Source of the DNA: Owenia fusiformis
Lineage: Eukaryota
Reading direction: 5' to 3'
NCBI GenBank assembly: GCA_903813345.2
Contig: CAIIXF020000001.1
Span: 3,162,001-3,226,000, forward strand
DNA length: 64,000 nt
Made by a program: the position numbers and the translations under genes. Positions 55,801 through 62,770 of the stretch are shown here, in pieces (within the stretch, counting starts at the first letter, position 1; the number at the start of each line of letters is the position of its first letter). The notes beneath the pieces were generated by a model. It did no database searches. It was given only the letters and a program-made list of their open reading frames with translations, and was not told the DNA's origin.

Positions 55801-58800
55801 TACCCACATTTCAAATAATAATATTTATTACTTTGGTTTAAAATGAAAAACATAAGATTTTTGCGTAAAACTATTCACCAATGTACATCTTTCGACCAAA
55901 TATGAAGAAATCTGTCAAATAGTATTTGAGTTATCTTCCAAACGGACGGACTGATTGACGAACTGATGAACGGAGGGCTTCACTATATCCCTACCGAACT
56001 TCGTTCATTGGTATAAAAACCCAAGTGCCATGGAATGATCACTTGGTAGGGGTGCATTATAACTATGTATTCTCAGTTGTATACAACTATGAATTTTGTT
56101 CCAAAATGATTGTGTTCCGAGGGATAAATGTGCTATACTAGTACTCCAAAATATATTGCTCAGAAGTGAGTGAAAGATTATCATACTAAACTACTAATGC
56201 ATTATTGAAACTAGAATACAAGCCAATGGGCAATTTACATTAAATGACAAACCTGCTTTCTGTGTACATGTTAGACCTTTCCAGCCTGTCGCGCATTTGC
56301 ATGTATAACGTGTTGCTGTGGCTGTGCATGTTGCACCATTTTTGCATGGAGCGGATGCACATTTGCCAGTAGCTGCATTGCCGGTTGAACCACCAGCTAA
56401 AATAATGATATTTATATTGGTAATGATATATTGTTCATAGATATATGCACAACAATTTTGCAAGATTCATTAAATAATGGAAATATCACTTGATTTACTA
56501 AGCACATACTTCATCCATATAATAATAATTATTTCTAATGCCTATATCTTAGGAGGAAAACAAATAAGCAGTAAAAACAAGTGAACAAGTGAAGTGGTTT
56601 CTAGGATTAAAATATTATACATGCTACATTCTAACATTATTATACAGTATACTAGTACATCTTTTTGGAAAGTGTAATCAGCTAAAGGTTTTAAAGATGT
56701 AGCCCTTGCAAGTTTAGGGAGTTGGTCATTGTTAAAATAAAATGCTACATCTTATCTACAATGTATTAAGTGTCGGGAAATAGGAAAAGACAAAGCGCTC
56801 CGAGAACAAAAGAAGTGCCGGTAGGGTTTTCTAAAACAATAGAAAGAAAAGTATATATGGTATATCTTTTTCAAATTATATTGATACCATTCAAAAGATG
56901 AGCATTTAATTGACGATGTGATGTATAATATTTTCAGATTTTTTGATGACTGGCTTAAGAGAAACATGTGTTCAAAAACTTCACTTTATCGATACCAATC
57001 CTTTTGTGAAATCATGATGAATAATCATTCCAATGTAATAGTTATATTAAGGATTCCACAACTCTATTTCTTTTAGCAATTCGACCAAAAGGTCTCATTT
57101 TTCATGTCATTGAAAACATGATTAACCCCACAGAATTATTGCAGAATTCACTAGTTCCACTTACAGAATTTGTCATTTTGATTTGCAGAAAAATGTGATG
57201 AGTTGATTTGCTTATGAACGTGGTGGATAAGGACAATTGCGGATACCATGTACTTTTTCAAGGATAAAACCTTGATGCCATTTATTAAATAATCTCAAAA
57301 TAATAATAAATAATCTCAAGAAATATAGACCGAAGAGCAGGGGTAATATTGTCGAATACACCCCGCAGGGCTAGGCACAAATGTTTTCGAAAGCTTTTGT
57401 GCCTAGTCCTAAGGGGTGTATTCGAAGATACTACACTTGCTCTGAGGTCAACATTACGATTCGAACATGAAAACTCACCAATATGTTTCAAATATTAACA
57501 AGGCATTAACATGACAAAATGTCACCACCTAAAACAATTTGGTCAATTTAAAGCAAGTTGGAAAATACCTTTTGACCTTAAGAAGAACTTCTGAGAACAT
57601 GTAGATGATTTTGAAAAAAAAATTAGTCAATTTGAAGCAAGTTGAAAAAAGACCTTTTTGACCTTGAGAAGGTCATTGAAGGTCAAAGGTCAAATCTAAA
57701 GTCAGATTTGAACTTCTGAGAACTTGTAAAGTCAAATTTGAACTTCTGAAAAGATGTAGATGATTTTGAAAAAAAGATTTGGTCAATTTGAAGCAAGTTG
57801 AAAACAGACCTTTTTTGACCTTGAGAAGGTCATTAAAGGTCAAATGTCAAATCTAAAGTCAGATTTGAATTTCTGAGAACATGTAGATGATTTTGAAAAA
57901 AAAATTAGTCAATTTGAAGCAAGTTGAAAAAAGACCTTTTTTGACCTTGAGAAGGTCATTGAAGGTCAAATGTCAAATCTAAAGTCATATTTGAATTTCT
58001 GAGAACATGTAGATGATTTTTAAAAAAAAAATTAGTCAATTTGAAGCAAGATGAAAAAATACCTTTTTGACCTTTTTTGACATTGAGAAGGTCATTGAAG
58101 GTCAAATGTCAAATCTAAAGTCAGATTGAATTTCTGAGAACATGTAGATGATTTTGAAAAAAAATTTAGTCAATTTGAAGCAACTTGAAAAAAGACCTTT
58201 TTGACCTTTTTTGACTTTGAGAAGGTCATTGAAGGTCAAATGTCAAATCTTAAGTCAAATCTAAAGTCATATTTGAATTTCTGAGAACACGTAGATGATT
58301 TTGAAAAATATTTTTAGTCAATTTGAAGCAAGTTGAAAACAGACCTTTTTGACCTTTTTTGACCTTGAGAAGGTCATTGAAGGTCAAATGTCAAATCTTA
58401 AGTCAGATTTGAATTTCTGAGAACACGTAGATGATTTTGAAAAAAAATTTAGTCAATTTGAAGCAAGTTGAAAACAGACCTTTTTGACCTTGAGAAGGTC
58501 ATTGAAGGTCAAATGTCAAATCTAAAGTCAGATTTGAAGGTCAAATGTCAAATCTAAAGTCAGATTTGAATTTCTGAGAACATGTAGATGATTTTGAAAA
58601 AAAATTTAGTCAATGTGAAGCTGAAATGTCAAATCTAAAGTCAGATTTGAACTTCTGAGAACATGTAGATGATTTAGAAAAAAATTGAAGTCAGTCTAAA
58701 CAGTATTTGTTAAGTTATAGGAAGTTGTAAGAAATTGTTACAGATGCCGGACGCCAACCGCGGGACGCCAACCGCCGGACGCCAACCACCAACCGCCGGA

Positions 58801-61800
58801 CGCCGTCGCAAAAAAACGGAGACCATAACAATATGTCACCACTTTTGGTGGTGACATAAAAAACGGAGACCATAACAATATGTCACCACTTTTGGTGGTG
58901 ACATAATTATGGTCCGCCATTACTACGTTATGACATCACACATTGCACATATGATCAGGGTCAATGATCGGGAATATACCCCGGGTGAAATGTTGACTTT
59001 GTTTACTGTTTAAAGAAGGCATGAATACAGTCATGTTCGAATTAAGAACATATCATATAACTTACCCTTTGTCTCACATGTAGTTCCTGACCATCCAGTT
59101 CTGCAAGTGCATCTAAAGTTAGTCCCCACAGTTGCACATCTACCAAAGTTCTTACATGGATTTGGTATGCAGGGTTTTTTTACTAAAAAAATATGAAAAC
59201 TAATGAGAATCTTAACAATAGGAACGCGACACTGGCAATTAGTAACACTCTATTGCTAATCACACCTCAAGACTGATGTCACATTCGAATGAAAAAAAGG
59301 AAAATGCCACATGTTAGATTGGCTGTTGATTTTTAAATTAAGAAAATTGAGCTGGTAAGATCTTGTTTTTTATGTCTGAAACATATCTTATTTTCTGCAA
59401 CGTCATATATGAACACATCTATTGAAAATCCATTGAGGACCAAGCCTTGAATTGTGAAGGGTTAGGATCCAAAGAAAAGATATTTTATATAAAATTAAAA
59501 AATATTTATTTTACTGGATTCTGATGGTGTCCCATATGAATTAGACACAAATGGCCACGATAAGATTTTGTCTCAAATATTTAGATTTCTGCTGTTGAAA
59601 TATTATTGTATCAATAAAAAAGTAAAAACATAAATCAGTTGACACAACTAAAACGTATCAATGACTAATACATTAGTTTTATCATGATCTTTAACCCATA
59701 ACCCTTCACCCTATAATGAGAAATAATAACATTTTTGTCCAATATTTTATATTATTCATAGATGGAGATTCATTTGATATTTTGCTTGAGTATTGATATA
59801 GTCAAGGTTTGTTTTGTATTTTTTGTTTACCGCCAATGAAGGTGAGCAATACCTCTTGGGTATATCCTGAATATATAAGGCCGTAATTAACGTAATTAGC
59901 CTTGAAGATAGACCCAGAAACCCCTCCTCAAAGGAGACCTGTGTTCTGTTATATGCACTTATACATAGACGCACAAGTACACACTTCAGCCTTTTGTACA
60001 AGTAGTGGACCACTCAGTCAAACACCCTGAAGTACTTTAAGCAAACAAGCAAATTAAAACTTGCCTGAACTGGGGATCGAATCTGGGACCTATTGCGTAA
60101 GAGGTACCTGTGCTACTGCTGAGCTATACAGGTGGACTCAGTTAGAAAAATGACTTCATTTTTAATAGGTAAATTGTTTTTATTTGACTTCCATTTTGTA
60201 TTGGCTGATTTTCTAGTGCTATGGTTACTTTAACCATACAGAAATAGCTGCTGCTACAGCATCAAAAACACTCAAATAAGAAGATTATCAGTAGAGCAGT
60301 GAGTAAAACACTGTATTAACAAAGTACATGTACGGAAATGTATAGTCTACTTTGGAAACTGAGAGTCAACGTGCATTTGTTCTGAAGTGTTTATTAATAG
60401 ACCAGTTGCAAGTTGAAATGATAATATAATGATAAATACTATGAGATATCTTTTCCTGTATTGGACAGATAATATTTTCATTTATCAAAAATATTTTTCA
60501 ATTGTATAATTATCAAACTCAAAAAAAGATTTCATGAAAATTGATCCAATAAATCTAATGAATACTGAGATTTTTCCTACATTAACCACAATGTACCTTC
60601 ACATGTTTTTCCCATATGAGTGGATCTGCAGATGCATCTAAAGCCACCAGTTCTTAACTTTATACACCTCCCAGAGTTCTGGCATGGGTTTGGTTGACAT
60701 GCGTCTGTCGCTAAAAATATTCAATTGGGTTATAAAAACATGCTAATTTGGAACAAACATTATATAAAGAAATGATTATACATATTATCTTTTCTTGAAA
60801 AATGTTTGCTCCAAATTATTATGTTCTTATAAAGGTATTAAACACATCCTCCGATCACAGGGCTTCAAAATCCAGAATATATTATTTCTTTTTACCCCCT
60901 GCGATAAGCAGTTAGCATTTCCCCGATTAAGAACTCGCGATCTGATTGGCTGTCGCAACACTGCGACAGAAATCATGTGTAAGTCATTGCGCATAATTAG
61001 ATCACGTGATTCAGTTAAATCGGGCGCTTCCAAATTGGTTATAGCAGGGGGAAGAAGGAGGTACGGATTCTGGACACCTGCGTAGGAGGATGTATTAAAC
61101 AGGGAACTTATGAAATGTCTTTATGATGTCGAAAATTGGGCATGAGAACCAGGTACTAACTTTAATAACATTGATAATAAAAAGATAAAAGGTATGAATG
61201 AACATATTTACTTCAAGAGATTTAAATTTAAAACTACAAACGTTCAGAAATTATTTGAGAATAATGTATAAAATATGAATTGTCTTTTATATCATATACT
61301 AGCTAAAATTAAATATTAGCTAAAAGAAACTCCACTACTTACATTCTGCAGCTTGAACAGCTTCACATCTGGTTTTCTCTCCATCATATTTACCAGACCG
61401 ACAGGTACGTGTAGCTGAGCCAATTAAATTGAAACCATTTTCACAGCCAAATGTTACGCTTGATCCTTCCAACCCTGTCCCTTCTTGGATGATCATGCCA
61501 TTCTTTGGAACAGGCAAAGCCTCGCATTTGGAAACGGCTATAGCAACATTACAAGATATATCCTCACAAGTGTGTTTTAAGTTAGATAAACAATTCATCT
61601 TGGGTCTTAGGAGAAAATAATGGCCTTGGTTATTTTTCCAAATACCAAACACTCATTGATTATCTCTAATGTAAAACCAAACCTTGAACTGAGTTACAAG
61701 TCTTTGATTTTGATTTCAAAGATGATACATAATTACATTTCCATATGACTGTATGATGTACATGTTTTTGTGATACAATAACTGAAACTCACTTTAAGCA

Positions 61801-62770
61801 ATTAAATGTACATGTATAGTTTTTTACATTTACCTTCTGCATCTTTAACTTTATCTGGGACACATTTAGTTTTATCTCCATCATATTTGCCACCAACTTC
61901 ACATGTACGACCTTTTGACCCAAGTAATTTATACCCAGGCAGACAATCGAATATAAAATAGGATCCTACATATCCAGTTCCAGGAGTACTTATAAGACCA
62001 TTTTTTGGAGCAGTCAAAGGCTCACATTTCCACACTATAATGAAAAGATGGTTGTCGGAATGATGGCAATGTCTAATAAAGATGCAGATTATACTTTATA
62101 TACCCAACAGGGATAACTGAGGTGATCATTGGAATATGAGGGAGCTCTTTCAATTTTACATCAAAAAGTGCATTTTGTGCCTTTTTGGCATACACATTAA
62201 ATATCAATGAAGGTGTACTTTTTTCATAATACATGCTACATGTTGTATTATCTATAACATACCACATTTATTTTGTTCACACGTATTCCCTTGGGGTTTT
62301 GAGCAGTCACTGTCAAGTTCACATCCTGTATCTTCTGTTGGCACTCCTTTAGTTTTTGCTGGTTTTGATACCTTGTTTGAACATTTGCAATTTGAGCATG
62401 TACCAATGGCACAATCAGAGTCTTGAATACAAGCATCACCTTCAATACCAAATGAATATGATTTAAACTTGTGTATGACAATTTAATAAAGTATTACAAC
62501 ACATGCAAAATAAAGCCAGATTATTCTTGATTTGTAAATTTCTTCTGTAAGTTGATTTTATAGAAGGTGATGAAAAGTAAAAATGTTTACCTTTAGGTTC
62601 ACATGTTGCAATTATTTGTTTATTCCAGGATCCATTTGATCTGCATTTCAGTTTTGAAGATCCTTTTGCAACATAACATTCATTACATTCAACAACTGCT
62701 CTGCAATCAGGCTCATAGCAATCCACTACTACTTTTCCGTTGCTCGGATTTTCTAAGAGAGGACATGTTT
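19612..62770 (-). CDS. Gene B (spliced, 34 visible coding exons, 5' end beyond window): large, probably secreted sushi/CCP + Cys-rich + 28x EGF-like + 2x sushi + chitin-binding type 2 protein
   Basis: Chain of minus-strand exons bounded by AG/GT, each internal exon phase 1-1 and a multiple of 3, joining into one open frame that ends at the TAA at 19612-19614. Domains recognised by Cys spacing. Confidence 0.9.
20145..20750. mobile_element. Helentron/HINE-like element (family 1)
   Basis: Same head (GATAACAGCAACGCCAAAGCGTAGCAAATCC) and tail hairpin (TATCCCTCCGAACTTCGTTCGATGGGATA). Confidence 0.65.
20779..20973 (-). CDS. Gene B exon: sushi/CCP 5
   Basis: [11 protein letters not shown]...[30 protein letters not shown]; 195 nt. 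Confidence 0.9.
21248..21449. mobile_element. hAT-like MITE with CAGGCCCG termini and 5-bp TSD ATCAG
   Basis: ATCAG|CAGGCCCGTAACCAGG...CCTGGCATCGGGCCTG|ATCAG. Confidence 0.7.
21479..21664 (-). CDS. Gene B exon: sushi/CCP 4
   Basis: CVPPRTPSG...[30 protein letters not shown]; 186 nt. Confidence 0.9.
21956..22072 (-). CDS. Gene B exon: EGF 28
   Basis: [39 protein letters not shown]; 117 nt. Confidence 0.9.
22197..22750. mobile_element. Tc1/mariner-type MITE with ~180-bp imperfect TIRs and TA TSD
   Basis: TA|CAGGGTGGTCAAATAAAATGGCAACCCTG ... CAGGGTTGCCATTTTGTTACCACCCTG|TA. Confidence 0.85.
22897..23010 (-). CDS. Gene B exon: EGF 27
   Basis: [38 protein letters not shown]; 114 nt. Confidence 0.9.
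23523..23636 (-). CDS. Gene B exon: EGF 26
   Basis: [38 protein letters not shown]; 114 nt. Confidence 0.9.
25520..27540. repeat. Tandem ~330-340-bp repeat (~3.6 copies) interrupted by a HINE-like insertion
   Basis: Unit AAAGC(C/T)GAT...GTTGTAAACTTCAAAA recurs at ~25541, 25881, 27018 and 27349. Confidence 0.85.
26200..27004. mobile_element. Helentron/HINE-like element (family 1 subtype), no TSD
   Basis: Homologous to 55411-56015; (GACT/GACG)n and TATCCC..GGGATA hairpin; its removal restores the host repeat. Confidence 0.75.
27631..27744 (-). CDS. Gene B exon: EGF 25
   Basis: [38 protein letters not shown]; 114 nt. Confidence 0.9.
   Translation of the reverse strand: MLTTVLVIHASMAAPVVTFYSLMSVTALKVLLDLTVK
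27939..28052 (-). CDS. Gene B exon: EGF 24
   Basis: [38 protein letters not shown]; 114 nt. Confidence 0.9.
28557..28673 (-). CDS. Gene B exon: EGF 23
   Basis: [39 protein letters not shown]; 117 nt. Confidence 0.9.
28886..28999 (-). CDS. Gene B exon: EGF 22
   Basis: [38 protein letters not shown]; 114 nt. Confidence 0.9.
29254..29367 (-). CDS. Gene B exon: EGF 21
   Basis: [38 protein letters not shown]; 114 nt. Confidence 0.9.
29663..29776 (-). CDS. Gene B exon: EGF 20
   Basis: [37 protein letters not shown]; 114 nt. Confidence 0.9.
30508..30654 (-). CDS. Gene B exon: EGF 19 (extended C1-C2 loop)
   Basis: [48 protein letters not shown]; 147 nt. Confidence 0.88.
31066..31182 (-). CDS. 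Gene B exon: EGF 18
   Basis: [39 protein letters not shown]; 117 nt. Confidence 0.88.
31416..31529 (-). CDS. Gene B exon: EGF 17
   Basis: [37 protein letters not shown]; 114 nt. Confidence 0.9.
31770..34564. mobile_element. CMC (CACTA/EnSpm-like) non-autonomous element with 44-bp perfect TIRs and TGCAACC subterminal repeats
   Basis: CCCTTATAAAAAATTCAACCTTGAAAGTCCGAATTTAAACCGTT at left and its exact reverse complement at right; many TGCAACC (left) and GGTTGC (right) motifs. Confidence 0.75.
33233..33310. repeat. 21-bp minisatellite TTTTAATTAGCTGTTCAACCG x ~3.7
   Basis: Read directly. Confidence 0.9.
35960..36073 (-). CDS. Gene B exon: EGF 16 (Ca-binding type)
   Basis: [38 protein letters not shown]; 114 nt. 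Confidence 0.9.
36434..37517 (+). mobile_element. Internally deleted mariner transposon (1084 bp)
   Basis: TA TSD; 41-bp TIRs CGAGGGGTGATTCAAAAGTAATGGACAAA... with one mismatch; transposase C-terminus inside. Confidence 0.92.
36722..37168 (+). pseudogene. Mariner transposase C-terminal fragment
   Basis: [10 protein letters not shown]...[22 protein letters not shown]...GGEYIED motifs; HTH domain and first catalytic Asp missing. Confidence 0.9.
37660..37773 (-). CDS. Gene B exon: EGF 15 (Ca-binding type)
   Basis: [37 protein letters not shown]; 114 nt. Confidence 0.9.
37995..43284 (-). mobile_element. piggyBac-like DNA transposon, 5290 bp, non-autonomous
   Basis: TTAA|CCCTTTGAGTGCC ... GGCACTCAAAGGG|TTAA (13-bp perfect TIR, TTAA TSD), GGCCGA subterminal motifs, decayed transposase C-terminus. 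Confidence 0.85.
38731..39090 (-). pseudogene. Decayed piggyBac transposase C-terminus including the Cys-rich domain
   Basis: [15 protein letters not shown]...[13 protein letters not shown], frameshift, then [44 protein letters not shown]-stop. Resembles piggyBac core end plus CRD (recognised from memory, not searched). Confidence 0.65.
43831..43956 (-). CDS. Gene B exon: EGF 14
   Basis: [41 protein letters not shown]; 126 nt. Confidence 0.88.
44639..44755 (-). CDS. Gene B exon: EGF 13
   Basis: [39 protein letters not shown]; 117 nt. Confidence 0.88.
45278..45394 (-). CDS. Gene B exon: EGF 12
   Basis: [39 protein letters not shown]; 117 nt. Confidence 0.88.
46703..47695 (-). mobile_element. 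5'-truncated non-LTR retrotransposon (LINE): ORF2 C-terminus, 3'UTR and tail
   Basis: ORF 46982-47725 with [47 protein letters not shown] (CCHC-type C-terminus); AATAAA then (AT)n tail at ~46703-46725. Confidence 0.85.
47873..47986 (-). CDS. Gene B exon: EGF 11
   Basis: [37 protein letters not shown]; 114 nt. Confidence 0.9.
48626..48748 (-). CDS. Gene B exon: EGF 10
   Basis: [40 protein letters not shown]; 123 nt. Confidence 0.87.
49921..50490 (+). mobile_element. Tc1/mariner-type non-autonomous element
   Basis: TA|CAGGGTGGGCAAAAAAAAACGCCACTTTTTT start, degenerate inverted copy near 50460-50490, second copy at 3480-3927. Confidence 0.65.
51014..51148 (-). CDS. Gene B exon: EGF 9
   Basis: [44 protein letters not shown]; 135 nt. 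Confidence 0.85.
52139..52288 (-). CDS. Gene B exon: EGF 8
   Basis: [49 protein letters not shown]; 150 nt. Confidence 0.85.
53118..53246 (-). CDS. Gene B exon: EGF 7
   Basis: [42 protein letters not shown]; 129 nt. Confidence 0.85.
53412..53648 (-). CDS. Gene B exon: EGF 5+6 (two repeats in one exon)
   Basis: [17 protein letters not shown]...[20 protein letters not shown]...GTTCTLRAP; 237 nt. Confidence 0.85.
53721..53915 (-). pseudogene. Two decayed copies of the basic EGF exon (pseudo-exons)
   Basis: 53721-53820 has small deletions and an in-frame TAA; ~53872-53915 is truncated with its acceptor changed to CCG. Confidence 0.75.
54565..54975. repeat. ~3 degenerate copies of the satellite unit also found at 57535-58685
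   Basis: GGTCAATT..AAGCAAGTTGAAA..GACCTTGAGAA..TCATTGAAGGTCAAAT..AGTCAGATTTGAA motif series. Confidence 0.85.
55049..55165 (-). CDS. Gene B exon: EGF 4 (paralog of EGF 2)
   Basis: [38 protein letters not shown]; 117 nt; TAGTAG tandem acceptor. Confidence 0.88.
55411..56015. mobile_element. Helentron/HINE-like element (family 1 subtype)
   Basis: Homologous to 26200-27004 at head, body and tail. Confidence 0.7.
56253..56396 (-). CDS. Gene B exon: EGF 3 with Gly/Ala/Thr linker
   Basis: [47 protein letters not shown]; 144 nt. Confidence 0.88.
57328..57449. repeat. ~120-bp imperfect hairpin
   Basis: TCGAATACACCCC..CTAGGCACAAA pairs with TTTGTGCCTAG..GGGGTGTATTCGA; outer GACC..AGAGCA pairs with TGCTCT..GGTC. 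Confidence 0.75.
57507..58906. mobile_element. Helentron/HINE-like element with ~9 satellite units (mostly ~125-150 bp) and a duplicated terminal hairpin
   Basis: AAAATGTCACCACC head, tandem array at 57535-58685, GGACGCCAACC microrepeat, 48-bp terminal unit with an 11-bp stem present twice. Confidence 0.75.
59066..59182 (-). CDS. Gene B exon: EGF 2
   Basis: [38 protein letters not shown]; 117 nt. Confidence 0.88.
59840..60135 (-). mobile_element. Probable tRNA-derived SINE (degenerate)
   Basis: Minus strand TAGCTCAGCAGT (A-box-like) and GATTCGATCCC (B-box-like) at tRNA spacing, followed by a non-tRNA body. Confidence 0.45.
60597..60710 (-). CDS. Gene B exon: EGF 1
   Basis: [37 protein letters not shown]; 114 nt. 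Confidence 0.88.
61343..61537 (-). CDS. Gene B exon: sushi/CCP 3
   Basis: [11 protein letters not shown]...[15 protein letters not shown]; 195 nt. Confidence 0.9.
61834..62034 (-). CDS. Gene B exon: sushi/CCP 2
   Basis: [12 protein letters not shown]...[16 protein letters not shown]; 201 nt. Confidence 0.9.
62263..62439 (-). CDS. Gene B exon: two CxxDxDC Cys-rich motifs
   Basis: [20 protein letters not shown]...[21 protein letters not shown]; 177 nt. Confidence 0.88.
62591..62770 (-). CDS. Gene B exon: sushi/CCP 1 (7 Cys)
   Basis: [59 protein letters not shown]; 180 nt. Confidence 0.9.

Noticed and set aside
57535-58685. Repeat array as a CRISPR-like locus
   Set aside because: Contiguous tandem units with no unique spacers, in a eukaryotic intron, with no cas genes.
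60060-60135. tRNA gene
   Set aside because: A/B boxes are degenerate and I could not fold a clean cloverleaf; treated as a SINE head.
21956-60710. Calling the EGF array Notch, Crumbs, Delta/Jagged or fibropellin
   Set aside because: No LNR, ankyrin, laminin-G, DSL, CUB, avidin or transmembrane exon seen; the array is flanked by sushi and CBM14 instead, so no gene symbol is given.
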